From Polyangium jinanense (GTDB lineage Bacteria; Myxococcota_A; Polyangia; Polyangiales; Polyangiaceae): a stretch of 64,000 nucleotides of DNA. The notes below the pieces were generated by a model, which did no database searches, was not told the DNA's origin, and saw only the letters and a list, made by a program, of their open reading frames with translations. The position numbers and the translations under genes were made by a program. Below are positions 27,010-37,720 of the stretch, piece after piece. Position 1 is the stretch's first letter. Each line of letters starts with the position of its first letter. The stretch covers positions 102,900-166,899 of the forward strand of contig NZ_JAGTJK010000012.1 in assembly GCF_028435265.1 (NCBI RefSeq), given 5' to 3'.

Positions 27010-27510
27010 ATGACGACGGATACGTTCTCTCCTTATGCTGGCCCTTATGATGTGACCCTCGCTGACGTGAAGGACGATCTCGTCGATCTCCCCGCTGGAT
27101 CCTCCAAGGGCTTCCGTGGCGTGCAGCCTGGCATCGAGGACGTCGTCGACGAGCTTGCCGGCGCCATTCCCGTGTTCGGTGATGCCGCGGGGATCCCCGC
27201 GAAGGTCTACGAGCGCTTCACCGTCGAGACGATGAGCATCGACGCCCTCACCAGGAAGGAGGCGCTCCTCGAAAAGATGCTCGAGGCCACCCGCGAGTCG
27301 AGGCGCCTCAAGGTCCACCAGCGCGAGAACACCATCGCCCAGATGGTCGACATCGCCAAGTCCACCGCCCAGCGCACCCGCAACAAGGGCATCCTCGCGC
27401 CCTTCGAGAAGACCGTCCGCTACAACGCCCAGACCGCGCTCAAGGCCGTGAAGACCCGCCGCAAGAACGAAGCCGCGAAAGCCGCGGCCACGTCAAGCCT
27501 CGAAAAGTAG
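27010..27510 (+). CDS. Hypothetical protein (166 aa), first gene of the T6SS-containing block
   Basis: GGAGG RBS 7 nt upstream. Predicted helical and basic C-terminus. No recognizable family. Confidence 0.5.
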   Translation: MTTDTFSPYAGPYDVTLADVKDDLVDLPAGSSKGFRGVQPGIEDVVDELAGAIPVFGDAAGIPAKVYERFTVETMSIDALTRKEALLEKMLEATRESRRLKVHQRENTIAQMVDIAKSTAQRTRNKGILAPFEKTVRYNAQTALKAVKTRRKNEAAKAAATSSLEK

Positions 27511-27692
27511 CCCTTCGTTCGACGCTCGGGGGCTACGCGCGGGCAAGCCGAGCTACGCCCCCAAACCCCCGCCCCCTCCTCGGCCATCCCACAGCCGTCC
27601 CCCCTAACCCATCGATTCCGCTCTCCTCTGTAGTCTACCTTCGCGAGTTTGTAGACCCGTCCCGCACGATCGCTCTACCCTATACGACACTC

Positions 27693-28190
27693 ATGGGTTC
27701 GTGTAGGCACGCTCGGGGCGGAGCGAGGGGCAGGGCGCGATGGATCGCAGCGCTTGCCCTGGTCTTGCCTTTGGGCCTCGGGTGCTCCGCGGGTCCCCCG
27801 CCGACCCGGTTTCTCGTCGAGGTCGCAATCACCGCCAAGGCGAACCGGAATTCGCCCGTCCCCATGACCCTCGTCGCGGTCCAGGACGCGAAGCTCTTCG
27901 ACCAGATCATCAAGCTCACCGCCAAGCAGTGGTACGAGCAGCGCGAGCAGATGCGCCGGGATTTCCCGAGCGGCACCGCGTTCACCGAGTGGGATTGGGA
28001 ATTCGTCCCGGGCCAGGCCCCACCACCCATGGTCGTCGAGGTCGACGGCAAGGCCCTCGGCGCCGTCATCTTTGCAAACTACCGCTCGCCCGGCGATCAT
28101 CGCTTTCGTATTGGCCCGCAACGCCGGATGCGGGTCGACCTCGGCGACGACGACCTCGTCGTGAGCCCCCTCGATGCTCCGGAGGATTGA
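27693..28190 (+). CDS. tssJ: Type VI secretion lipoprotein TssJ
   Basis: ~165 aa. Lipobox LGLGCS. The size and position immediately before tssK fit TssJ. Confidence 0.7.
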   Translation: MGSCRHARGGARGRARWIAALALVLPLGLGCSAGPPPTRFLVEVAITAKANRNSPVPMTLVAVQDAKLFDQIIKLTAKQWYEQREQMRRDFPSGTAFTEWDWEFVPGQAPPPMVVEVDGKALGAVIFANYRSPGDHRFRIGPQRRMRVDLGDDDLVVSPLDAPED

Positions 28191-28191
28191 C

Positions 28192-29520
28192 ATGCGCGCC
28201 GACGACATTCCGCTCGCGATTCAATGGCACGACGGGATGCTCCTGTCGCCGCAGCACTTCCAGGAAGCCGATCGCAGATCCGAACGCCTGCTCGCCTATC
28301 ACCTCGGACAAGCCGCGCCGTATCACCACGGCATCGTCGAACTCAAGCTCGCCGAAGGCACGCTCGGCAGCGGTCTCCTCCGTGTTCAGAAGGTCGAAGC
28401 CATCATGCCCGATGGCACCCTCGTCCATCACGCCGGCGGCAAACACGACCTCTCCGTCGACCTCCGCCCCCAGGCCGCGCTCGTCCGCGACGCACCCGCC
28501 ACCGTCTTCCTCGCCGTCCCGCGCGCGCAGGCCGCCGTCTCCGCCTCCGCCGCGGACCTTGCGCGCCACCGCTCCGCCGAAGGCGCGGCCGTCGTCGACG
28601 AACACACCGGCGAAGATCCCCTCGAGATCCCGCGCATCGCCCCGAGCGTCCGCCTCCTCGTCGCGGCCGAACCTCCGCCGCGCCTCGTCTGTTTGCGCAT
28701 CGCGCGCGTTCGCCTCGAAGGCGAGGCGTTCGTCGCGACCGACTACATCCCGCCGACCCTCGGCGTCGCCCCGGGCTCGCCCCTCGACGAGATGTGTCAA
28801 CGCCTTGCCGGTCGCCTCCGCGAGAAGGCCATGCGCCTCGCCGAAAAGGCGAACTTCCTCTCACGCACCACCGATCGCGAGCTCATCGGCGAGATCCGCC
28901 GCCAGATCCAGTGCCTCGTCGCCGCGCTCCCTCCCTTCGAGGCCGTCCTCTACTCCGAGCGCCCGCATCCGTTCTCCCTGTTCGTCACGCTCACGGGCCT
29001 CGTCGGCCAGATCTCCTCGCTCGCGCGCACGCCCGTGCCGCCGCTCCTGCCGAGGTACCGGCACGACGACCTCCGCGCGACCTTCGAGAATGCCCGCGAT
29101 CACATCTTCCGCATGGTCGACGAGGGCATCATCGAGTCGTTCACGGCCTATCCGTTCGACCTCAAGGAGGGCAAGTACAACGTCCTCTTCCAGCGCGAGT
29201 TCCGAACGCGCGCCGTCGTCATCGCCGTCCGCGCCCCGCGTGGCGTGCGCGAGGATCAGCTCCTCAACTGGATGAACGGCGCGCTCATCGGCGCCCCGGG
29301 GCGCCTGCGCACCATGCAGGAGAGCCGCATCCTCGGCGCTGGCAGGAAGCGCGTCGAGCGCCACGGCGACCTCGTCGCCACGCCCGGCACCTTGCTCTTC
29401 GAGCTCGAAGAGCAGAGCGTCTACCTCGACCCGGGCGAGCCGCTCACCTTGTGCAACACGGCCGATCCGACGGGCCAGAGCGGACCGTCCGAGGCGGTCC
29501 TCTACGTGAAGAGCGGGTAG
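28192..29520 (+). CDS. tssK: Type VI secretion baseplate protein TssK
   Basis: The N-terminus IQWHDGMLLSPQHFQEADR matches the TssK signature (W.EGMFL.PQHFQQ.DR). 443 aa. Confidence 0.85.
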   Translation: MRADDIPLAIQWHDGMLLSPQHFQEADRRSERLLAYHLGQAAPYHHGIVELKLAEGTLGSGLLRVQKVEAIMPDGTLVHHAGGKHDLSVDLRPQAALVRDAPATVFLAVPRAQAAVSASAADLARHRSAEGAAVVDEHTGEDPLEIPRIAPSVRLLVAAEPPPRLVCLRIARVRLEGEAFVATDYIPPTLGVAPGSPLDEMCQRLAGRLREKAMRLAEKANFLSRTTDRELIGEIRRQIQCLVAALPPFEAVLYSERPHPFSLFVTLTGLVGQISSLARTPVPPLLPRYRHDDLRATFENARDHIFRMVDEGIIESFTAYPFDLKEGKYNVLFQREFRTRAVVIAVRAPRGVREDQLLNWMNGALIGAPGRLRTMQESRILGAGRKRVERHGDLVATPGTLLFELEEQSVYLDPGEPLTLCNTADPTGQSGPSEAVLYVKSG

Positions 29521-29527
29521 GGGCGCG

Positions 29528-30283
29528 ATGGCTGCTTCTCCGGGACGCTTTGCGCTCGGCCCCAAACAGGCCGCCCTGCGGGACCAGCGCGTCCTCGTCG
29601 ACGCGTTCTGCAACTTCCACGCGGACGTCGTCACGCAGAAGCGCATCGTCGTCGCCTCGGGCGGCGTCATGCCCTACGACGCCGTCCAGCAGCGCCTCCT
29701 CGACGCCTTCGAACAGCAGGCCGGCAAGATCCAGAGCTCGCTCCCCGAGCACGAACGCCGCCTCTTCGAGGAGACCCGCTACGTCATGATCGCCATGGCC
29801 GACGAGGTCTTCCTCCACCTCGACTGGTTTGGCAAAGAGTACTGGGCAGACAAACCGCTCGAATCGATCGTCTTTCAGACCCGCGACTCGGGCGATCGTT
29901 TCTTCAATCGCATCGACGACGCCCTCAACGGACGCACCCCGGCGTCGTCGCAGCTCCTCACGGTGTACCTCACGGCCCTCGCGCTCGGCTTCCGCGGCCG
30001 GTACGCGCCCCTCGGCACCGGCGAGCCCGAGACCTACCGCGCGCGTATCGTCGACTTCCTCGCCCGCACCGATCCCGAGATCGTCCGCGGCGAAGACCTC
30101 TGCCCCCAGGCGCACGAGCACACCGCGACCGATACGCCCCAGAAACGTTTGCCCTCCCTCTCCCGAGGCATCCTGCCGTTCCTCGTCGTCATCCTCGGCT
30201 GGATCGTCATCGGTGAGATCCTCTGGCTTTATCGCACGGCCGAGCTCGACACCGTGCTCGACCGCATCGAGGACGCCACGTGA
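29528..30283 (+). CDS. tssL: Type VI secretion membrane protein TssL (DotU family)
   Basis: DotU-like core (LLTVYLTALALGFRGRY). Single C-terminal TM helix. Confidence 0.85.
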   Translation: MAASPGRFALGPKQAALRDQRVLVDAFCNFHADVVTQKRIVVASGGVMPYDAVQQRLLDAFEQQAGKIQSSLPEHERRLFEETRYVMIAMADEVFLHLDWFGKEYWADKPLESIVFQTRDSGDRFFNRIDDALNGRTPASSQLLTVYLTALALGFRGRYAPLGTGEPETYRARIVDFLARTDPEIVRGEDLCPQAHEHTATDTPQKRLPSLSRGILPFLVVILGWIVIGEILWLYRTAELDTVLDRIEDAT

Positions 30284-33200
30284 CCGTCGGCACCCTCCTC
30301 AAGATCGTCGCCGGCCTGATCGCGCTCGCCGTCGTTGGCGTCGGGATCTACGCGTTCGTCCTCGCGCAGAAAAAGAAAGCGCAGAAGGCCGCGGAGCTCG
30401 CGAGGCAGGGCGGCGCGCCCGATCCCATCGCCGAGATCCGCGCCTCCGTGGCCAAGGCCAAAGCCGCGCTCGTCAAGAAGGTCCAGGACAAGACCGCGCG
30501 CGAGGAGATGCCGCGCTACCTCGTCCTCGGCGAACCCTCGTCCGGAAAAACCACGCTCCTCGGCGGCTCGGGCCTCAGCGTCCAGCTCATGGAGGGCGGC
30601 GATCCCGCGCCCGGCGATACGTCGTCCGTCAACCTCTGGATGCTCGGCAAGGCCCTCATCGTCGACGTCGCCGGCCGCCTCCTCTTCGGCGAGGGCGGCA
30701 CGGCCGCGCCCGATCCGCCGTATCGCGCCCTGCTCCAGGAGCTCAAGCGCCTCCACCCCGATCGCCCCATCGACGGCATCCTGCTCACGGTCCCTTGCGC
30801 CGAGGTCATGCAGACGGCGCGCTCCACGCCCGCCGAGCGCAAGCGCAAGGCCACGATCCTGCGCGCCGCCATCTCCTTGGCGCAGCAGACCCTCGGCATG
30901 AACGTCCCGGTCTACGTGATCGTCACGCAGACCGATCGCCTCGCCGGTTTCCGTAGCCTCGGCATGGAGGTCGCGCAGACCCGTCGCGACGACATCCTCG
31001 GCTGGTCGAGCCCGCACCCGCCCTTCACCGACGGCTCCGAGGACTGGGCCTCCGAAGCGCTCGGCACCGTCCGCGATGCACTCCTCCGTTACCAGGCGCG
31101 ACGCTTCGCCGGCCCCTCCGTCGTCCGCGCGCCTGACGACTTTTTCCTGTTCCCGAGCGAGATCGAGGCGCTCACCGACGGCCTGCAAACCTACGTCGAC
31201 CCCGTCTTTCTCGAAGGCGCCGGCCAGGACACGCTCACCCTCCGCGGCATCTACTTTTGCGGCCTCGCCGATCCGCCCGGTCCTCCGCAGCTCACGGCCC
31301 CGGGCGCCACGCCCGCCGCGCTCGCGCCGCCGCCCGCGGCCGCGGCTGGGTCGGGCAAGGTCCTCTTCTCGAAGGACCTCTTCGAGCACAAAGTGTTTGC
31401 CGAGCGGAACCTCGGCCAGCCCGCGGCCGCCGCGCTCAGGAGCCGCCGGCGTATCAACCTCGCGCTCCAGATCGCGGCGTGTTGCCTCGGCGGCGCCTTC
31501 CTCGCGGCCCTCTGGATCGACGCCTCGCGCCTCGAACGCCGCACGAACGCGCTGATGCCGTTCCTCCGCGACGTGCAGAGCAACGTCCTTTCGGCGAAGA
31601 GCGAGGCCCCGGGCACCGAGGCGAACTTCGACGCCAAGAAGCTCCGCGCCAAGGCCCTGATCGAAAAACTCGAAACGATCGAAGAGTCGGGCCGCCTCCG
31701 CTCCCCGCTGAACCCCTCTTCCTGGTGGGGCCGCCTCGATCGCCGCGTCGATCAGGCGTTCGTCGTGGCCCTCGAGAGTGTCCTCGTCGACACCTTCCGC
31801 GCCGGCCTCAACGAGGAGGCCGCGCACCTCTTGCGCCCGCTCCCGCCGCAGCCCCCGCCCGACGCGTTTTTCCCCCTCAGCGTCGAGAAGAGCCAGGAGT
31901 ACATCAACCTGGAGACGTGGCTGCGCGAGCTCACCGCGTTCGAGGCCCACGTCGCGCGCCACGACGGCCTGCTCGGCGAGTTGCCCAAGGACGCCACGCC
32001 CGACGCCCGCATGCAGAGCGTCGCCGACCTCTCGGATTACCTGCTCGGCTACAAGACTTCGCCCACGATCGCGGTCGACTACTACCGCAACGCCCTCGCG
32101 CGCGGCGCGCGCCGTCAGCCCTTTGACGTCGCCCCGCGCCGCGATCCGGCTCGGGAGAAGGCCACGGCGCTCTTCAAGGGCCTGCAGGATCGGGTCCTCG
32201 AAGCCTACAGCGACGCCGTCGTCCGCGCCGACGTCGAGCAGCTCGTGCAGAGCCTCAAGGACCTCGAAACGAAGGGCGCCGAGTACACCGTGCAGGACCT
32301 CTGGACCTTGCGCGACACGATCGCCCGGGTCGAAGCGCACCTCGGCGCGCCCACGCTCTCCTGGGTCTCGGGCGAGTCGCTCCCGCCGAACGAGGGCATC
32401 GCGAACCTGCTCAAGACCGTCAAGAATTCGCGCCTCCTCGGCCCCGACGTCGAGGCGTCCTTGCGCGGCGGCGTCGACGCGCGCCTGCTCGACCTCAAGA
32501 CCTACGTCGCGAGCGCGGGCGCGCCCCTCTCCGGGCCCATCCTGGAGCGCAAGGGCGGCGTCCTGCTCATGCGCCTCTCGCCCTTCATCCTCGGGCTCAA
32601 GGCGCCCATCGACGCGCTCCGCCAGCAGACGTTCATGACGGCCGAGGAGGAGAAGACCCTCACGCCCGACGTCGATCGCTCGCGTGTCGACTGGGACGGC
32701 GAGGTGCTCAAAGAGGCCGCGCGTTTGCCCAAGGACTACGAGGCCTTCGTCCAGGGCGGCGTCCTCAAGACGGTCGATTCGCGCATCCGCAACACCATCT
32801 CCGACCTCACGGTCCGCCAGGTCAAGGCGAACACCCTCGGCGCCGTCGCCCGCGCCGCGCGCCCGGCCACGCCGCTGTCGGGGAACAACAATCGCCAGTT
32901 CGAGAACGTCCGCGCCGACGCCGCGAACCTCGGCCAGGCGATGGCGCCCATTCGCGAGATGATCGGCGCGTTCGTGCGCCTGCGCATGGACGACGCCCGC
33001 GATCGCCTGCGCGAGGTCTTGCGTGGCCAGGGCTCCGAGGTCCTCGGCCGCGGCGCCGACGTCCTGCGCGCCGAGAACCTCTACGGCCTCAAGAAGGGCG
33101 GCTTCACCTGGTGGGATGGCAAATCGACGCCGGCGTTCGAGGCGTTCAGCGTCCCCGACGCCGGGCGTTTGTCCGAGTATGCCGCGGCCCAGCGCACGCG

Positions 33201-34326
33201 CGCGGCCACGTTGCACAAGGAGCTCGCCGAGCCGCTGCTCACGGCCATGGAGAGCCCCGAGGTCGCGGGCGACGCGAGCGGTGATCCCAACGTCTCGCTC
33301 TGGCAGAACGTCGCCTGGCCGCTCAAGGATTACGAGAACAAGAAGGCGGGCAACGGGGTCTCGAACCTGGAGACCTTCATGCTCTCGGATCTCCCGCTCA
33401 TCACGGCGAAGAACTGCATCGCCGAGCTCGACAAACGCGCCGGCGTCGACGGCTCGGGCGGCTTCTTCGCGGGCAAGCAGAAGTACATCGTCGAGGAGCT
33501 GCGCGAGCGGTGCCGCGTCCTTGCCGGCGAGGAGATGCGTGATCGTTATGCCGCGCTCCGCCGCACCTTCAACCGCGAGCTGTCGGGCAAGTTCCCCTTC
33601 GTGAAGATCGAGCCGGGCATCCGCGTCGAGGACGCGCGGCCCGAGACCGTGCGGCGTTTCCTCCAGGACGCCGCCGATTTCCGTTCCGATTTCGGCTACG
33701 TCCTCGGCAAGGACACGAAGGCCTCGGCCGGCGAGGTCGGGCGATTCCTCGAAAAGATCGAGGCTGTCCGCGCCTTCATGATGCCCATGTGGGCGCAGGT
33801 CGAGTCGGCCGAGGACGGCATCTACGACGTCAAGGTCGAGTTCCGCGTCAATCCCGGCCTCGAGGTCGGCGGCAACCGCATCGCCGAGTGGGCCGTGCGC
33901 CTCGCGGACGAACGCCTGTGGCGCGACGGCCCCAAGGCCGAGGCGAGCTGGCGCGTGAACGACTCGGTCCGCCTCGATCTGCGCTGGGCGAAGAGCAGCC
34001 TCGACGTCCCGCTGCCGACGCAGGGCCCCAATGTCTTCGTCAATGATCGGACCGTCACGTTCGAGGAGCGCGGCCCCTGGGCGCTCTTGCGCATGATCGC
34101 GTTCCATCAGACCGCGGCGCGCGACGGCTCGCAGAAGACCGAGGGGGGCTCGCACGTGCTCGGCTTCGTCGTGCAATCGTCGCCCGATCCGACGGGTGGC
34201 TTCATCGAGCGCGTCGGCACCGACGCCAACACCGTCCGTGTCTTCATCCGCGTCGCGCTCACCGGCGTCGAGAAGGACCGGCTCCTCCGATACCCCGAGT
34301 TTCCGGCGATCGCCCCGAACCTTTAG
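30280..34326 (+). CDS. tssM: Type VI secretion membrane ATPase TssM (IcmF family)
   Basis: N-terminal TM. Walker A GEPSSGKTT. 1348 aa. The GTG start overlaps the tssL stop. Confidence 0.85.
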   Translation: MTVGTLLKIVAGLIALAVVGVGIYAFVLAQKKKAQKAAELARQGGAPDPIAEIRASVAKAKAALVKKVQDKTAREEMPRYLVLGEPSSGKTTLLGGSGLSVQLMEGGDPAPGDTSSVNLWMLGKALIVDVAGRLLFGEGGTAAPDPPYRALLQELKRLHPDRPIDGILLTVPCAEVMQTARSTPAERKRKATILRAAISLAQQTLGMNVPVYVIVTQTDRLAGFRSLGMEVAQTRRDDILGWSSPHPPFTDGSEDWASEALGTVRDALLRYQARRFAGPSVVRAPDDFFLFPSEIEALTDGLQTYVDPVFLEGAGQDTLTLRGIYFCGLADPPGPPQLTAPGATPAALAPPPAAAAGSGKVLFSKDLFEHKVFAERNLGQPAAAALRSRRRINLALQIAACCLGGAFLAALWIDASRLERRTNALMPFLRDVQSNVLSAKSEAPGTEANFDAKKLRAKALIEKLETIEESGRLRSPLNPSSWWGRLDRRVDQAFVVALESVLVDTFRAGLNEEAAHLLRPLPPQPPPDAFFPLSVEKSQEYINLETWLRELTAFEAHVARHDGLLGELPKDATPDARMQSVADLSDYLLGYKTSPTIAVDYYRNALARGARRQPFDVAPRRDPAREKATALFKGLQDRVLEAYSDAVVRADVEQLVQSLKDLETKGAEYTVQDLWTLRDTIARVEAHLGAPTLSWVSGESLPPNEGIANLLKTVKNSRLLGPDVEASLRGGVDARLLDLKTYVASAGAPLSGPILERKGGVLLMRLSPFILGLKAPIDALRQQTFMTAEEEKTLTPDVDRSRVDWDGEVLKEAARLPKDYEAFVQGGVLKTVDSRIRNTISDLTVRQVKANTLGAVARAARPATPLSGNNNRQFENVRADAANLGQAMAPIREMIGAFVRLRMDDARDRLREVLRGQGSEVLGRGADVLRAENLYGLKKGGFTWWDGKSTPAFEAFSVPDAGRLSEYAAAQRTRAATLHKELAEPLLTAMESPEVAGDASGDPNVSLWQNVAWPLKDYENKKAGNGVSNLETFMLSDLPLITAKNCIAELDKRAGVDGSGGFFAGKQKYIVEELRERCRVLAGEEMRDRYAALRRTFNRELSGKFPFVKIEPGIRVEDARPETVRRFLQDAADFRSDFGYVLGKDTKASAGEVGRFLEKIEAVRAFMMPMWAQVESAEDGIYDVKVEFRVNPGLEVGGNRIAEWAVRLADERLWRDGPKAEASWRVNDSVRLDLRWAKSSLDVPLPTQGPNVFVNDRTVTFEERGPWALLRMIAFHQTAARDGSQKTEGGSHVLGFVVQSSPDPTGGFIERVGTDANTVRVFIRVALTGVEKDRLLRYPEFPAIAPNL

Positions 34327-34340
34327 GAGACAGAGCCTCG

Positions 34341-35420
34341 ATGTCGACGAAGGCCCCGCTCATCGATCTGGAGATCCTGCTCCAGCCCATCTCCGAGGAG
34401 GCGCCTTGTGGCACGTCTCTCCGGTACGAAGGCACCTACGATCGGGTCCGCGAGGCGCGCCGCGAGGACGACCCCTCGCTGCCGATGGGCGAATGGGAGA
34501 CCAAGCTCAAGGTCTCCGACCTCGCGCTCGTGGACAAACTTTGCCAGGAAGCGCTGCGCAAGAAATCGAAGGACCTCCAGATCGCGGCCTGGCTCGTGGA
34601 GGCGTGGCTCCGGCGTTACCGCGTGAAGGGCCTCGGCCATGGTTTGTCCCTCGTCACCGGGCTCTGCGAGCGATTCTGGGACGGCCTCTTCCCCGAGGTG
34701 GGCGACGACCCCGACGCCGCGGCGCGCGCCGCGCTTTACGAGTGGATGGACGACGTCCTCTCCGATCGCCTGCGCCGCACGCCTTTCACGGAGGGCGACG
34801 GATCCTTTTCGCTGCTCGATTGGGAGCTCGGCGGCGCGTCTGTGTCCGCCGACGGGGAAGGGGAGGGCGCGCGGCCCACGCGAGAATCGCTGCTCGCCAA
34901 GATCTCGCTCGGCGGCGCGGGCACGCGCTGGACCGACATCGCGCTCGACGCGGGCACGGCCATCATGGCGGCCGAGGCGGCCGAGGCGGCGATCGCCGCG
35001 CAGATCTCGCGCCCGCCCACGCTCCGCCGCGTGCGGGAGGTCCTCACGCAGATCGAGCTCCTCGCGCGCGAAACGGCGCGTATCAACGGCGAGAGCGTGC
35101 CCGTGGCGAGCGCGCCCGCGGCGAGCCCGCCGCCGCTCGGATCGGCCGCTGCGGCTGCGGCGGCGTTCACGGCGCCTTCCGGGGGAGGGGCGGGCGGCTC
35201 GTTTGCGATCACGAGCCGCGCCGACGCCTATTATCGGCTCGCCGAGGCGGCCGAGTACCTCATGCGGACCGAGCCGCACAGCCCTGTGCCGTACCTGGTC
35301 AAACGTGCGGTGCAGTGGGGCAACATGTCGCTCGCCCAGCTCCTCTACGAGTTCGTAGGAAACCCCGATGATCTCGTGGCGATACAGCGCTTGCTCGGGA
35401 TGCGCGGGAGGGAGGAGTAA
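34341..35420 (+). CDS. tssA: Type VI secretion protein TssA (ImpA N-terminal domain)
   Basis: ImpA_N-like N-terminus (PISEEAPCGTSLRYEGTYDRVREARRED...WETKL..DL). Confidence 0.8.
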   Translation: MSTKAPLIDLEILLQPISEEAPCGTSLRYEGTYDRVREARREDDPSLPMGEWETKLKVSDLALVDKLCQEALRKKSKDLQIAAWLVEAWLRRYRVKGLGHGLSLVTGLCERFWDGLFPEVGDDPDAAARAALYEWMDDVLSDRLRRTPFTEGDGSFSLLDWELGGASVSADGEGEGARPTRESLLAKISLGGAGTRWTDIALDAGTAIMAAEAAEAAIAAQISRPPTLRRVREVLTQIELLARETARINGESVPVASAPAASPPPLGSAAAAAAAFTAPSGGGAGGSFAITSRADAYYRLAEAAEYLMRTEPHSPVPYLVKRAVQWGNMSLAQLLYEFVGNPDDLVAIQRLLGMRGREE

Positions 35421-35593
35421 CGCCGGGGGGAAAAAGGGGGGGTGCGAGAGAGCGCCCCTACGAGGGTGTTGTGTTGACGAGCCTGGGCACGGTAAAAGGG
35501 TAATGCGCCAGCCTTACGCGCCGTGCGCGGGCGGGTTTTCGGAGAGTTCGCAAGCCGCGGCGCCGCCGCGAGAGCCGAGGAAGGGAGCCATCG

Positions 35594-36094
35594 ATGGCAG
35601 AGAGCAAGCAGCACTGGCTGGACCGAAACCGTCCGCCGCGTGTGCAGATCACCTATGACGTCGAGACGGGCAACGCAATCGAGAAGAAAGAGATCCCGTT
35701 CGTGGTCGGCGTGCTCAGCGACCTGGGGCGGAACGAGGCAAACCCGCTGCCCAAGCTGAAGGATCGCAAGTTTGTCGAGATCGACCGCGACAATTTCAAC
35801 GACGTCCTCGCCTCGACGAAGCCCGAGATCACGGTGAAGGTCGACGACGTCCTCAAGGGCACCGGCAAGATCGGGATTCCGCTGACGTTCACGCACCTCG
35901 ACGATTTCCGGCCCGAGCGTCTCGTCGAGCGGATCCCGGAGCTCCGCAAGCTTCTTCGCGCGCGCGAGCGCCTGAACGATCTTCTCGCCAAGCTCGAGGG
36001 CAACGACGAGCTTTCGGCGGCGCTGCGTGAGGTCATGGAGAGCACGGATGCTCTCCAGAAGATCACGGCGGAAGTCTCCAAGGATCAGAGCTAG
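35594..36094 (+). CDS. tssB: Type VI secretion sheath small subunit TssB (VipA)
   Basis: RVQITYDVETG...EIPFVVGVLSDL matches the TssB N-terminal signature. Confidence 0.9.
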   Translation: MAESKQHWLDRNRPPRVQITYDVETGNAIEKKEIPFVVGVLSDLGRNEANPLPKLKDRKFVEIDRDNFNDVLASTKPEITVKVDDVLKGTGKIGIPLTFTHLDDFRPERLVERIPELRKLLRARERLNDLLAKLEGNDELSAALREVMESTDALQKITAEVSKDQS

Positions 36095-36114
36095 GCCGCG
36101 CGGAGGGTACGAAC

Positions 36115-37617
36115 ATGCCGGAAACTGTAAGCGTCAAGCAACTCATCGCCTCGAGCGCGGACGGCTCTGCCATCATCGATCAGATCCTCTCCGAGGGCGC
36201 GATGGTTCGCGGGGACAACCCCGTTCAGAAGAAGCACGCGCGCGACATCATCGGGGAGTTTTGCCAGCAGATCCTCGACGAGCGGGATCCGAACGACAAG
36301 CAGCGGGCCCTCGATCTCGGCGCGGTCGCGGCCATTCAGGATCGCATCAACGAGATCGACGAGATCATCGGCAAGCAGCTCGACGCGATCCTGCACGCGC
36401 CCGAGTTCCAGTATCTCGAGTCGCGTTGGCGGGGGCTTCACTACCTCGTCATGAACACGGAGACGAGCACGCGTCTCAAGATTCGCGTGATGAACGTCCG
36501 CAAGGACGAGCTACGCAAGGATTTTGAAGCCTCGCCCGAGTTCGATCGCAGCTCGCTTTTCAAGAAGGTGTACGAGGAGGAGTACGGCACGTTTGGCGGC
36601 GCGCCCTACGGCCTGCTTCTCGGCGACTACGAGTTCGACGGTTCGAATCCGGACGTCGGCCTTTTGACCGAGCTTTCGAAGGTCGCGGCGGCGGCGCACG
36701 CGCCCTTCATCTCGGCGGCGAGCCCGCACCTCTTCGACATGGAGAACTTCGGCCAGATCGGCGTGCCCGGTGATCTCGCCAAGCTCTTCGAGAGCACGCA
36801 GCTCATCAAGTGGAAGGAGTTCCGCGAGAGCGAGGACAGCCGTTATGTCGGCCTCGTCCTGCCGCACGTCCTCGTGCGCCTGCCGTATGGCCCGAAGGGC
36901 GTCCCCGTGGACGGGTTCGTCTACGAGGAGAACGTCGGCGCCGAGGACAAGAACTTCCTCTGGGGCAACGCGGCGTACGCGCTCGGCCAGCGCATCACGA
37001 ACGCGTTCGCGCATTATGGCTGGTGCGCGGCGATCCGCGGCGTCGAGGGCGGCGGCCTCGTCGAGAACCTCCCGGTGCACGTCTTCAAGACGAGCGAGGG
37101 CGATCTCGCGGTGAAGACGCCGACCGAGGTGGCGATCACCGATCGCCGCGAGAACGAGCTCTCGGAGCTCGGCTTCATCGGGCTTTGTTATCGCAAGAAC
37201 AGCGGCCAGGCCGCGTTCTTCGGCGGCGCGACCGCGAACAAGCCCAAGGTGTACAACCTGCCCTCGGCGACGGCGAACGCCCGTTTGTCGGCGCAGCTCC
37301 CGTACATCCTCGCGACGAGCCGGTTCGCCCATTACATCAAGGTCATGATGCGCGACAAGATCGGCAGCTTCATGACGAAGGACAACGTGTCGTCGTACCT
37401 CAACAACTGGATCGCGGACTACGTGCTCCTGAACGACGACGCGGGTCAGGACACGAAGGCGCGACTGCCTTTGCGTGAGGCGCGGATCGACGTGACGGAC
37501 GTGCCCGGCAAGCCCGGCGCGTACCGTGCTGTCGTTTTCTTGAAGCCGCACTTCCAGCTCAACGAGCTCACGGTCTCGATGCGCCTCGTGGCGGATCTTC
37601 CGCCTCCGGCTGCGTGA
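36115..37617 (+). CDS. tssC: Type VI secretion sheath large subunit TssC (VipB)
   Basis: 500 aa. Conserved TssC core (LHAPEFQYLESRWRGLHYLV..; FISAASP.LF). Confidence 0.9.
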   Translation: MPETVSVKQLIASSADGSAIIDQILSEGAMVRGDNPVQKKHARDIIGEFCQQILDERDPNDKQRALDLGAVAAIQDRINEIDEIIGKQLDAILHAPEFQYLESRWRGLHYLVMNTETSTRLKIRVMNVRKDELRKDFEASPEFDRSSLFKKVYEEEYGTFGGAPYGLLLGDYEFDGSNPDVGLLTELSKVAAAAHAPFISAASPHLFDMENFGQIGVPGDLAKLFESTQLIKWKEFRESEDSRYVGLVLPHVLVRLPYGPKGVPVDGFVYEENVGAEDKNFLWGNAAYALGQRITNAFAHYGWCAAIRGVEGGGLVENLPVHVFKTSEGDLAVKTPTEVAITDRRENELSELGFIGLCYRKNSGQAAFFGGATANKPKVYNLPSATANARLSAQLPYILATSRFAHYIKVMMRDKIGSFMTKDNVSSYLNNWIADYVLLNDDAGQDTKARLPLREARIDVTDVPGKPGAYRAVVFLKPHFQLNELTVSMRLVADLPPPAA

Positions 37618-37654
37618 CGGGCCTCGCGAATCGGTGTAGGGTACATCAGGATGT

Positions 37655-37690
37655 TGCCGTCCCGCGCTCGAAGGGAGCGCGCGGGCGGCG
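37655..37690 (+). terminator. Imperfect GC-rich hairpin between tssC and hcp (possible attenuator/processing site)
   Basis: cccgcgctc-gaaggga-gcgcgcggg inverted repeat in the 103-bp tssC-hcp spacer. No clear U-tract. Confidence 0.25.
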
Positions 37691-37720
37691 ACGGTCGACG
37701 GGGACGCGGAGGATTGCACG

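Noticed and set aside
30229-34176. 1315-aa minus-strand ORF overlapping tssM
   Set aside because: Antisense shadow. The plus-strand product has a Walker A motif and IcmF-like features.
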